Assembly: GCA_017608625.1 (NCBI GenBank)
Contig: JAFCFN010000006.1
Span: 295 to 64,294, forward strand
Source of the DNA: Candidatus Woesearchaeota archaeon
Lineage (GTDB): Archaea > Nanobdellota > Nanobdellia > Woesearchaeales > JAFCFN01
DNA length: 64,000 nucleotides
Reading direction: 5' to 3'
Shown: positions 27,988 to 40,157 of the stretch, one piece after another
Layout of the letters: the number at the start of each line of letters is the position of its first letter
Position numbering within the stretch: the first letter of the stretch is position 1
Program-made: the position numbers and the translations under genes
Notes under the pieces: generated by a model
Database searches by the model: none
The model's input: only the letters and a program-made list of their open reading frames with translations
What the model was told of the DNA's origin: nothing

Positions 27988-28673
27988 ACAAGATCTTAAT
28001 CTTTAATACAGGACCGATAATTAGTCTAACAATGAATAATTTGCTTTGGCTATTAAAACCTCTTAAAAGACAATTTCAAGGCAAATTCGTAATTCCAAAA
28101 GCAGTTAAAAGAGAATTGATAGACAAACCATTTAAAATAAAACGTTTCAAATTTGAAGCATTGCAAGTGTTGCATTACATCAATAATAATACTTTAGAAG
28201 TAGTGGATAAAAGAGAAATAACAAAAAAAGCTGAAAAGATTCTAAGTATAGCTAACAAGTGCTTTAGGGCTCATGGTAAGAATATAGAGATAATACACTA
28301 TGCAGAAGCATCAACACTTGCAACTGCTTTGGTTTTGGGAGCAGATGCTTTGTGTGTGGATGAAAGAACAACAAGACTATTAATAGAAGATCCAGCAAGA
28401 TTATCAAAAATCTTAAGTAAAAAATTACATACAAAAATAAAAGTGAACAGTAAAAATCTAAAAGAGATTAAAAAAGAAGTAAAGGGGATTAAATTAATCA
28501 GATCAGCAGAATTAGTTGTAATTGCTTATGAGTTGGGTTTATTGGATAATTATGTAAAACATACATCAATATCAAAAAATGAATTGCTTGATTCAGTTCT
28601 GTGGGGAGTTAAGTTGGATGGCTGTGCTATATCTGAGAAAGAGATAGAACAGATAATCAAGCTAGAGAAATAA
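27981..28673 (+). CDS. PIN-like domain protein with C-terminal extension (operon gene 5)
   Basis: 'KILIFNTGPII' first strand (Asn in place of first Asp), 'KFVIPKAVKRELID', 'ATALVLGADALCVDERT' VapC-like C motif. Confidence 0.45.
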   Translation: MVNKILIFNTGPIISLTMNNLLWLLKPLKRQFQGKFVIPKAVKRELIDKPFKIKRFKFEALQVLHYINNNTLEVVDKREITKKAEKILSIANKCFRAHGKNIEIIHYAEASTLATALVLGADALCVDERTTRLLIEDPARLSKILSKKLHTKIKVNSKNLKEIKKEVKGIKLIRSAELVVIAYELGLLDNYVKHTSISKNELLDSVLWGVKLDGCAISEKEIEQIIKLEK

Positions 28674-28710
28674 AAAGTTTTTTATAGTTGAAAAATTAGA
28701 ATAAGATAAA

Positions 28711-28974
28711 ATGGGTTTATTTGGACCAAGCGTAAAAGCTGTAATTAAGGAAAGCAAAGAATTTTATGCTGAATTAGCAAGAATGCCTTATCAGTTAAGA
28801 CAGATTGAAAGAACAAATTTTGCTCAATATAAAGAAATAAAAACAAAATTGAAACATATGATAAATAAATGTGCAGAGATGTTAAAGAGATTAGCAATAA
28901 AAGAGAGTGAAATTGAAGAATTAACAAAATATTTGAGAATATTTCATAATATATATAAAAGAAATTTTACTTAA
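28711..28974 (+). CDS. hypothetical small protein (operon gene 6)
   Basis: 87 aa helical. Confidence 0.3.
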   Translation: MGLFGPSVKAVIKESKEFYAELARMPYQLRQIERTNFAQYKEIKTKLKHMINKCAEMLKRLAIKESEIEELTKYLRIFHNIYKRNFT

Positions 28975-29657
28975 ATTTCACCTAAAAGCAAATAATTCAT
29001 GCCACCATAAAGTGGGCGGTTAATTTTTACAATATTCTCTTTTATATTCGCTATTTTTAAGTATATATTAATTGCAGTATTTGATTCATGAGAAATAACT
29101 TTACTATTAATAGATTTAGCTTTTCTTATTTTATAAGGCAATCCAAGTTCTCTGATATGTGCTTGTCCGACAATTACTATATTTAACTTTCCATTAAGAT
29201 CTAGACCATTGACTATGTTCTCAAATAATTTATTCTCATTTGCATGTAATCCTTCCTCATAGGAAACATATTTTTTTTCTTCATCATTTCCAATAGGTAT
29301 AGCTTCTCCATTTTTTGATTTGATTGTCTTTAAAATGGGCAATAAATCCTTCATATATTCTTTATCATAAATATCTTTTATTGAAGATAATTTTTGACAT
29401 AATTGTTTTTCATTTAATTGACCTGAAAAATAGGATTTGAATATTGATGATAGTTTATAGTCAAAATGTTCTAAAAAAACTTTGAGAGGTTTTTTATCAG
29501 CCAATGCATCAATTAATTTGAGTTCATTATGTCTATTATATTTGTTCCTGTCAGAATGCAAATCACCTATAAATACTAATTTTTCAGAACTTAGATCTTG
29601 CACCAACCTGTCTAATGAAATTGCTTGCATGCTCTCATTTACAGCATTACCTAGCAT
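28971..29657 (-). CDS. hypothetical protein, possible hydrolase
   Basis: 'LVFIGDLHSD' metal-hydrolase-like motif; convergent with operon. Confidence 0.3.
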   Translation of the reverse strand: MLGNAVNESMQAISLDRLVQDLSSEKLVFIGDLHSDRNKYNRHNELKLIDALADKKPLKVFLEHFDYKLSSIFKSYFSGQLNEKQLCQKLSSIKDIYDKEYMKDLLPILKTIKSKNGEAIPIGNDEEKKYVSYEEGLHANENKLFENIVNGLDLNGKLNIVIVGQAHIRELGLPYKIRKAKSINSKVISHESNTAINIYLKIANIKENIVKINRPLYGGMNYLLLGEI

Positions 29658-29791
29658 TTTGAACCCCTATATACTCAAAAATACTTAACCAATATTTAAA
29701 TTTTTCTGTTATTTATCCACTAAGTAGTAATAAAATTTTATTTAGTAAGCTATTTATATAGTAATTAATTCTTATTATAAGAGAGGGTAAA

Positions 29792-31082
29792 ATGTTGTTT
29801 GCACATCTAGCAGATTGTCATATAGGATCTTGGAGAGATGAAAAACTAAAGCATTTGAATACAGAGGCGTTTCTTAAAGCAACTCAAATGTGCATGGATA
29901 AAAAGGTTGATTTTATTCTTATATCAGGAGACTTGTTTAATACTTCTCTGCCTTCTGTTGATAATCTAAAAACAATTGTTGGAAGATTAAAGGAATTAAA
30001 AGACAATAATATTCCAGTTTATATTATTGCTGGCTCTCATGATTTTTCTCCATCAGGCAAAACAATTCTAGATGTTCTGGAAAAAGCTGATTTAGTAAGG
30101 AATGTATTTCAAGGAGAAGTTGAGGAAGGTAAACTAAAGCTAAAATTCACAATTGATGAAAAAACAGGAGCAAAAATAACAGGAATAATAGGCAAGAAAG
30201 GAATGTTGGACAGAACATATTATGAACAATTAGATAAAACCGATCTAGAAAAAGAAGATGGCTACAAGATTTTTATGTTTCATACTGCTTTGAGTGAATT
30301 CAAACCAAAAAATCTTGAACAAATGGAGTCTGCTCCACTATCATTTTTACCAAAAAACTTTAATTATTATGCAGGAACCAAAAAATCTTGAACAAATGGA
30401 GTCTGCTCCACTATCATTTTTACCAAAAAACTTTAATTATTATGCAGGGGGGCATGTTCATTATATTTTTAATAAAAAAGAACCTAATTATGGTATGATA
30501 GCTTATCCAGGTTCTTTAAGTCCAACTAATTTTAAGGAGCTAGAAGAAGGTACTCATGGTTTTTATTTTGTTGATAATGACAAAATAGAGTTTGAGAACA
30601 TACAAGTTTATAATGTTTTTTCTATAAATATTGATTGTGAGAACAAAACTCCTCAAGAGGTTGAGGAGGAAATCAAAAAGGAAATAGAAGATAAAGAGTT
30701 CATAAATACAATAGTAACCATAAGGTTACAAGGTTGTCTAAAACAAGGAAAGCCTTCTGACATTAACTTTAAAGAAATATTTTCTATGCTTTATGATAAA
30801 TCAGCTTATTTTGTTATGAGAAACACATCTGCTTTAACATCAAAAGAATTTCAGGAAGTTGAGATTAATGTAGAGCCAAGTGAAAATATGGAAGAGGATT
30901 TAATCAAAGAGCATGTTGGACAGGTGCCTCTATTTGGATTAGATAAAGAAAAAGAGACAGAGTTAACAAAAAGATTAATGAGGATACTTCAGCAGGAAAA
31001 ACAAGAAGGAGAAACAAGAGCTGTTTTTGAAGAAAGAATCAAAAAAGATTTAAATATAATATTAAAACAACTAGGGATCTGA
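29792..31082 (+). pseudogene. mre11: Mre11-like DNA repair nuclease, reading frame broken by 73-bp tandem duplication
   Basis: phosphoesterase motifs 'HLADCHIG', 'GDLFN', 'AGSHD', 'GGHVH'; ORFs 29792..30391 and 30294..31082 join if one repeat copy removed. Confidence 0.65.
30303..30448. repeat. perfect 73-bp tandem duplication (2 copies) inside mre11
   Basis: aaccaaaaaatcttgaacaaatggagtctgctccactatcatttttaccaaaaaactttaattattatgcagg x2. Confidence 0.9.
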
Positions 31083-31083
31083 A

Positions 31084-31476
31084 ATGATTGACCTATCAAA
31101 ACTAGAGCAAATATTGAAAGATTCTTGGAGTAAAGAAACTAGCTCTGACCCAGATAATTGGTCACCAGAAAATCCTGCTTGGGGACAATGCGCAGTTACA
31201 TCATTAATTGTTAATGATTGTTTAGGAGGAGAAATTGTTTGGGCTCCAGCCATTCTTCCTAATGGAAAGGAGATATCACACTATTTTAATAAAATAAATG
31301 GAAAAGAAATTGATCTAACAAGGGAACAATTCCCATCTGGAACAAAGATTCCTCTAGGCATTCCGAAATCAAAACAATTTTCAACAACAAGGGAGTATAT
31401 TCTTTCTTATCCTGAAACTCAAAGAAGATATGAAATATTAAAACAAAAGGTCCAAAAGGCTTTAGAACTCACTTAA
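31084..31476 (+). CDS. hypothetical protein
   Basis: 130 aa; not Rad50. Confidence 0.3.
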   Translation: MIDLSKLEQILKDSWSKETSSDPDNWSPENPAWGQCAVTSLIVNDCLGGEIVWAPAILPNGKEISHYFNKINGKEIDLTREQFPSGTKIPLGIPKSKQFSTTREYILSYPETQRRYEILKQKVQKALELT

Positions 31477-32532
31477 TGTCTTAACCTTACTATATCTTAC
31501 AATTGTTGTAGTACCTTCTTTACCACCTGTTATTTTTTCTAAAGAAACAAATCTTCCTTTTTCTAGTTTATCTATCTTTCTCTGGAATGTTTTGTAGCTG
31601 CTTTTGCCACCTTGTTTTTGGTATATTGTAAATAACTCTCCAATTTTTAATCCACTATTTACTTTTATTAAATCAAGCAGTGCATGTAATTCATCATCCA
31701 AATCAGTACTTTTTTTGATTGAGAAATCATCTAATTTTTTGATAGCATTCTGAACATGTTTTATTGTTATCTTTTTGCTGCTTTCATCTTCTGCTAAATT
31801 TCCTGCTTCTCTCATTAAATATAAACCAGACCTTATGTCTTCTAATTCTGCTGTTTTTTTAACAACAAGCTCAAATGCATCATCTTGCCATACACCAGGA
31901 ACAAATGCATACTGCATTCTCTGCTTTAGTATGTCTCTTGTTTCAGCCTCAGAATATGGTCTAAAATGCAGGGTTTCTGCAATTAATCTTGATTTTAATC
32001 TTGAATCTAAGTTAAAAATCCAGTCTTTGTGATTTGTTATCATAAGAATTGTTTTTCTGTAGATTTCTTCCAAGATAGAATAAAGAAAATCTAAGTCCTC
32101 TGCTTTGTCTATTTCATCAAAACAGAAAACAACTGATTTCTTGTTTAATTGCTCTTTTATTACCTTAAAAAGCTCGTTTGATTTTTTGTTTTGGGTAAAT
32201 CTATACTCAAGCTGATCGCATAACTCAAGCATTATTTTATATGTAGTATTTTTTTGCCAACAATTGACATAAATTGGAATTACTGAATCTGTTTTTTCTT
32301 CTAATTCCTGAAAAATATGTTTGCATGCAACTGTTTTTCCAACTCCTGATGAGCCATAAATCAATAAATTTTTGCCATTTCTTTTTGAGAACAAAGGTTT
32401 TATACAGCTGGCAATATAATGCTGTTCATTTTCTCTATGAGGAATTAATTTAGGGATATAATCATAATCTAGTGCAACAGTGTCTCTAAAAAGACTTTCC
32501 TCAGAACCTAGCATGTTGTCAAATATTCCCAT
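31462..32532 (-). CDS. cdc6: Orc1/Cdc6 replication initiator
   Basis: 'LLIYGSSGVGKT' Walker A, 'VFCFDEID' Walker B, C-terminal winged helix. Confidence 0.85.
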   Translation of the reverse strand: MGIFDNMLGSEESLFRDTVALDYDYIPKLIPHRENEQHYIASCIKPLFSKRNGKNLLIYGSSGVGKTVACKHIFQELEEKTDSVIPIYVNCWQKNTTYKIMLELCDQLEYRFTQNKKSNELFKVIKEQLNKKSVVFCFDEIDKAEDLDFLYSILEEIYRKTILMITNHKDWIFNLDSRLKSRLIAETLHFRPYSEAETRDILKQRMQYAFVPGVWQDDAFELVVKKTAELEDIRSGLYLMREAGNLAEDESSKKITIKHVQNAIKKLDDFSIKKSTDLDDELHALLDLIKVNSGLKIGELFTIYQKQGGKSSYKTFQRKIDKLEKGRFVSLEKITGGKEGTTTIVRYSKVKTLSEF

Positions 32533-32562
32533 AGTCCACTTTAATTTAGAACAAGGCTTTAT

Positions 32563-33849
32563 TTAAACCTTTCTACAAATCTTCTTTAAACCATTCATAT
32601 AGGGTTGTAAAACAGCAGGAATTTTTATTGAGCCGTCTTTTTGTTGATAATTTTCTAAAATAGCTAACATTGCTCTTGAAGTAGCTAGTGCTGTATTATT
32701 CAAAGTGTGAACAAAGCCTTTTGCAGGAAGGCCTTCTTTTTCTCTATACTTAATGTTTAATCTTCTTGCTTGATAATCAGTGCAATTAGAATTAGATCCA
32801 ATCTCTCTATATTTGCCATCTGCCATATAAACCTCTACATCATATTGTTTTGCAGCTCTTTTGCCTACTTCTGCAGAACACATCTCAACAACTCTATATG
32901 GCAGTTTTAGAGCTTTGTAAATATCTTCACAATTTTTTTGCAATTCTTCAAAATATTTCCAGCTGTCTTCTGGTCTGCAGAAAATGAACTGTTCAACTTT
33001 ATTGAATTGGTGCATTCTAAAGAGTCCTTTTGTATATTTACCATGAGAGCCAACTTCTTTTCTAAAACAAGGTGAGAAAGCAACAATCTTTAACGGCAGA
33101 TCTGCTTCATTAAATGTTTCATTCATAAACATTGCTGCAATAGGATGTTCTGCTGTTGCTATTAAGTAAAGATCCTCCCCATCTATTTTGTACATTACCT
33201 CTTCAAAATCCTCTAAAGAAGTGGCGCCTTCGTAGGCTTTTTTGTTCATCATAAAAGGAGGCTCTATTAATCTGTAACCTCTCTTCATAAGAAAATCAAT
33301 TGCAAACCTCTGTAAAGCATGATCTAATAAGGCTAATTCATCTCTCAAATAAACAAAACCTGATCCAGCAACTTTAGCTGCCTTCTGCCTATCAATTAAC
33401 CCTAAATTTTCTGCTAATTCTAGATGATCCTTTGGCTTGAATTTGAACTCAGGTATTTTGCCATCTTTGTATATCACTTTATTATCTGATTCTGATTTGC
33501 CCAAAGGCACGCTTTTATCCAGAATATTTGGAAAGCTTAACAAATAGAATCTGATTTTCTCTTTTAGAAGATTTATCCTTTCTTCTGCTTCTTTGATTTT
33601 TATGGGGAGGTCTTTTGCTTCCTTGATTTTAGCTTTAATATCTTTGCCTTGTTTTTTTAGCTTATTTATCTCCAGTGCAATTATATTTCTTTTGTGTCTT
33701 AAATCTTGAAGCTTTTGTAATAATGCTCTGTATTCTTTGTCTTTTTTAAGAAGATCATCTACCCAGCTTAGTTTTTCTTTTTCCCCTCTTTTTTTGAGGC
33801 TCTCCTTAACTATCCTAGGACTCTGCCTCACCAGGTTGATATCAAGCAT
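32563..33849 (-). CDS. serS: seryl-tRNA synthetase
   Basis: class II motifs; N-terminal coiled-coil arm; start moved to 'MLDINLVRQ'. Confidence 0.85.
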   Translation of the reverse strand: MLDINLVRQSPRIVKESLKKRGEKEKLSWVDDLLKKDKEYRALLQKLQDLRHKRNIIALEINKLKKQGKDIKAKIKEAKDLPIKIKEAEERINLLKEKIRFYLLSFPNILDKSVPLGKSESDNKVIYKDGKIPEFKFKPKDHLELAENLGLIDRQKAAKVAGSGFVYLRDELALLDHALQRFAIDFLMKRGYRLIEPPFMMNKKAYEGATSLEDFEEVMYKIDGEDLYLIATAEHPIAAMFMNETFNEADLPLKIVAFSPCFRKEVGSHGKYTKGLFRMHQFNKVEQFIFCRPEDSWKYFEELQKNCEDIYKALKLPYRVVEMCSAEVGKRAAKQYDVEVYMADGKYREIGSNSNCTDYQARRLNIKYREKEGLPAKGFVHTLNNTALATSRAMLAILENYQQKDGSIKIPAVLQPYMNGLKKICRKV

Positions 33850-34426
33850 ACTGAAATTAAAACAAAGAGAATTTATAAAGCTTTTGGCATCTCCTAAAAA
33901 CAGAGTTTTTGAGGTGATGAGAAATCCGATGTTAAATAAAGTGACCAAGCATTATTTCTGCTAATCCCTGTTATGCGTTTTTTCTGTAAGAAAAAATGCT
34001 GAAGCGAAGCAGAGGCAGTGTGGCGCAGGGCAAAGTTTAATATCTATATGATTCTGGAATAGTATATGGTGGAGAAGGCAGTGGTGATTGCATTGGTTTA
34101 ATAGGATATTTTCTTACTAACTTCATTATCTCTTCAAAATTAGCTAAAGTTTCTTGTGCCTTTTTCCAGCTTTGAGAATCTTTTAATTTTTCTTCTATTG
34201 TTTTCATAAATCCTATTAGACACAGCTAATATAAAAAAATTTTGCCCCAGTAATTTATAATCTAAAAGAGTTATTAATAAAAATCCAAAACCCTGAAACT
34301 GCCAAATTTTGGCTCTAGAAGCCTTCTCCCCTTAAAATTTAATAGAAAACTATTTAAATAAAGCCAGTTTTCTTTTTAATAAAGAAAAGAGCTTTTTCTG
34401 CTCTGATTAAACTAAAAATAGCCTAA

Positions 34427-37349
<2,923 letters not shown>

Positions 37350-37350
37350 A

Positions 37351-37827
37351 ATGTATCCTCATACACATTTTATCTTTGCTTTAATAGCTGCTCTGATTGG
37401 TTTAAAATTGGATTTAATTAACTTATATTTGGCAGTTGTTTTAGTCTTATTTTCTGTATTATTAGATATTGATCATTTATTATTATATCATTCTATAAAG
37501 AAAGACTGGAATCTAAAAAGGTGTTGGAACACTTGCATAGCAGAAGACTATAAGAGAGAAAGAATGGTGTTCCATTGCATATATTTTGTTATTTTGTTAA
37601 TTATGATTTCAGCAATACTTTATTTGATGAAATCTAGTTGGAGTTATGTTTTAGTAGCAGGATATTTTCCACATTATTTTTTAGACCATTTACATCTTCA
37701 TTTAAGAAGAAAAAAATATAAGTTTTCTAAAATTAAGATATTTGGTTTGATTATGCATTTACATAAGTTTGAATTATTGCTTGATTTTCTCAGTTTAATT
37801 GTCTTAATATTGATATTGCTCTGGTAA
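37351..37827 (+). CDS. DUF457-like membrane-bound metal-dependent hydrolase
   Basis: 'MYPHTHFIFA', 'LLDIDHLLLY' motifs, 4 TM. Confidence 0.45.
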   Translation: MYPHTHFIFALIAALIGLKLDLINLYLAVVLVLFSVLLDIDHLLLYHSIKKDWNLKRCWNTCIAEDYKRERMVFHCIYFVILLIMISAILYLMKSSWSYVLVAGYFPHYFLDHLHLHLRRKKYKFSKIKIFGLIMHLHKFELLLDFLSLIVLILILLW

Positions 37828-37861
37828 ATTTTATAAATCAATTGTTATATCCTTTTAATGT

Positions 37862-38010
37862 GCGCAGATGGTCTAATGGCATGACAATGGCCTTCCATTT
37901 CGAAAGCAGGCTTGTGTAATGCTCTAAAAAGCTTTGCTTTTCGAAGCAAGCCATTTATCCGGGTTCGAATTAGCAAAGTAAGCTTTGCTTTGAAAGTCCC
38001 GGTCTGCGCA
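37862..38010 (+). tRNA. tRNA-Gly(UCC)-like with two introns (anticodon loop ~51 nt; T-loop ~27 nt)
   Basis: acceptor GCGCAGA/TCTGCGC+A; anticodon stem ATGGC/GCCAT, loop CTTCCA[intron]A; T arm CCGGG-TTCGAA[intron]T-CCCGG. Confidence 0.6.
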
Positions 38011-38094
38011 TAACCCTTTTCAAAGCCATGATCATTTAAAGAATCTTTAGTAAAATTTATATAACATCACTCTCCTCATAGAAGGGTCAAGAAT

Positions 38095-38265
38095 ATGAAG
38101 AAAAATCTTGAAGATATATGTGAATTTGCCAAGCCATTAAAAGATAGTGGCAAATACTATTGCTCTTTTTCAGGAATTATTTGCCACAGGGCACATGAGT
38201 ATGAAACCTGTGGATTTAGGCTAAGAGCTATTTACTTAAAAACGCAAAAACAAATTAAATTATAG
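38095..38265 (+). CDS. small Cys/His-rich protein (56 aa, not in ORF track)
   Basis: MKKNLEDICEFAKPLKDSGKYYCSFSGIICHRAHEYETCGFRLRAIYLKTQKQIKL; start context aagggtcaagaatATG. Confidence 0.25.
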   Translation: MKKNLEDICEFAKPLKDSGKYYCSFSGIICHRAHEYETCGFRLRAIYLKTQKQIKL

Positions 38266-38313
38266 AATTATATAAGAAAAGATATATAAACTAAATCCTA
38301 TTTTCTCTAGAGC

Positions 38314-39747
38314 ATGGCAGAAAATATTGAGTTAAAAAAAATTTCTGATGTAATTTGGGAAATACCTAAAACAGGCAATATGAATGTCCCTACAAGAATT
38401 TTTGCTTCTGAAAAATTATTAGAAAAGATGAAGCTGGATAGAACTTTAGAACAAGGGAGAAATGTTGCTTGTTTGCCAGGAATTTACAAACATGCTATTA
38501 TTTTGCCAGATGGTCATGAGGGATATGGATTTCCTATTGGAGGAGTTGCTGCACTAGATTATGAAAAAGGAGGAATATCTCCAGGCGGTATTGGTTATGA
38601 TATTAATTGTGGTATGAGACTATTAAGAACTAATCTTAAAAAAGAGGATATTTATCCCAGGATTAAAGAACTGTTAGAGAGCTTGTTTCAGCATGTTCCT
38701 GCAGGATTAGGTAGCTCAAATATCAGAGTTACAAAAGATGTATTGCTTGGTGTTCTTAATAAAGGAGCTAAATGGGCTGTTGAAAATGGTTATGGTAATG
38801 AGGATGATCTAGAATTTTGTGAGGAAAATGGGAGTATGTCAACTGCTGATGCATCAGCTGTTTCTGAAAAAGCCAAAAGCAGAGGACTTAAACAGCTTGC
38901 TACTCTTGGTAGTGGAAACCATTTTCTTGAGGTTCAGTATGTTGATAAAATATTTGATAAAGAAGTAGCAAAGGTTTTTGGAATAAAAGAGGAAGGACAA
39001 GTAACTTTAATGATCCATTGTGGAAGCAGAGGCTTAGGACATCAGGTTTGCTCAGATTATTTAAGAGAAATGGAAAGAAGATTGCCTGAAATTGTTGCTA
39101 AAATACCTGACAAAGAGCTAATTTATGCGCCTTCTGGGCATGAACTTTGTGAAAAATATCTAAAAGCAATGTCAGCTGCTGCTAATTTTGCATGGTGCAA
39201 TAGACATATTATTGGTCATCAGTGTAGACTAGCTTTTTCAAATATTTTTTCTGATGTAAAACTTGAAACTGTTTATGATGTTGCTCATAATATTGCAAAA
39301 ATAGAAGAACATAAGATAGATGGAGAAGTTAAAAAAGTGTTTATGCATAGAAAAGGAGGAACAAGGGCATTTGGTCCTGGAGGAAAAGAAATTCCTGAAA
39401 AATATAGAGATGTTGGCCAGCCGATTATTATTCCTGGCTCTATGGGAACTGCCTCTTATGTTTTAGTTGGTACAAAAGAAGGAATGGAGATCAGTTTTGG
39501 TAGTACAGCTCATGGTGCTGGAAGAACAATGTCAAGACATCAAGCACTAAAGCAATACAGAGGAGAGAAATTAAAAAGAGAATTAGAGGAAAGAAAAATT
39601 TTTGTTAGATCTGCTTCTTGGAAAGGTATTGCAGAAGAAGCTCCTGGTGCTTATAAGGATATTGAAGAGGTTGTTGATGTAAGCCATAAAGCAAATATTG
39701 GTAAAAAGGTAGTTAGATTAAAGCCAATAGGTGTTATTAAAGGATGA
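38314..39747 (+). CDS. rtcB: RNA-splicing ligase RtcB
   Basis: 'GYDINCGMRLL', 'GSGNHFLEVQ', 'HCGSRGLGHQ', 'AHGAGR' motifs. Confidence 0.9.
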   Translation: MAENIELKKISDVIWEIPKTGNMNVPTRIFASEKLLEKMKLDRTLEQGRNVACLPGIYKHAIILPDGHEGYGFPIGGVAALDYEKGGISPGGIGYDINCGMRLLRTNLKKEDIYPRIKELLESLFQHVPAGLGSSNIRVTKDVLLGVLNKGAKWAVENGYGNEDDLEFCEENGSMSTADASAVSEKAKSRGLKQLATLGSGNHFLEVQYVDKIFDKEVAKVFGIKEEGQVTLMIHCGSRGLGHQVCSDYLREMERRLPEIVAKIPDKELIYAPSGHELCEKYLKAMSAAANFAWCNRHIIGHQCRLAFSNIFSDVKLETVYDVAHNIAKIEEHKIDGEVKKVFMHRKGGTRAFGPGGKEIPEKYRDVGQPIIIPGSMGTASYVLVGTKEGMEISFGSTAHGAGRTMSRHQALKQYRGEKLKRELEERKIFVRSASWKGIAEEAPGAYKDIEEVVDVSHKANIGKKVVRLKPIGVIKG

Positions 39748-40157
39748 AACCTTATGAATTTTTAGAGCATACAGCTGATGCAAAATTTAGAGCTTATGGC
39801 AAAACTTTAGAGGAAGCATTTCAGAATGCAGCTTATGCTATGACAGATGTTATAACTGATCATACAAAAATCAAGCCTGTTATAGAGAAAACAATTTCTG
39901 TAGAATCAGAAAATAAAGAAGCATTGCTTTATGATTTTTTAGAGCAGTTTCTTATTCTGCTTGACAGCGAGGGTTTTATATTGAACAAAATAGAGGAGGT
40001 AAAGATGCAAAATAATAAAATTACAGCAAAAATTATTGGGGACAACCATCCAGAAGAATATAATATAGAAACTCACATTAAAGCAGTTACTTATGAAGAG
40101 ATGTTTATTAAAAAAGAAAAAGATCAGTGGATTGTGCAGGTTATTGTTGATATTTAG
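39744..40157 (+). CDS. archease
   Basis: 'YEFLEHTADAKFRAYGKTLEEAF' archease N-terminus; overlaps rtcB stop. Confidence 0.8.
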   Translation: MKPYEFLEHTADAKFRAYGKTLEEAFQNAAYAMTDVITDHTKIKPVIEKTISVESENKEALLYDFLEQFLILLDSEGFILNKIEEVKMQNNKITAKIIGDNHPEEYNIETHIKAVTYEEMFIKKEKDQWIVQVIVDI

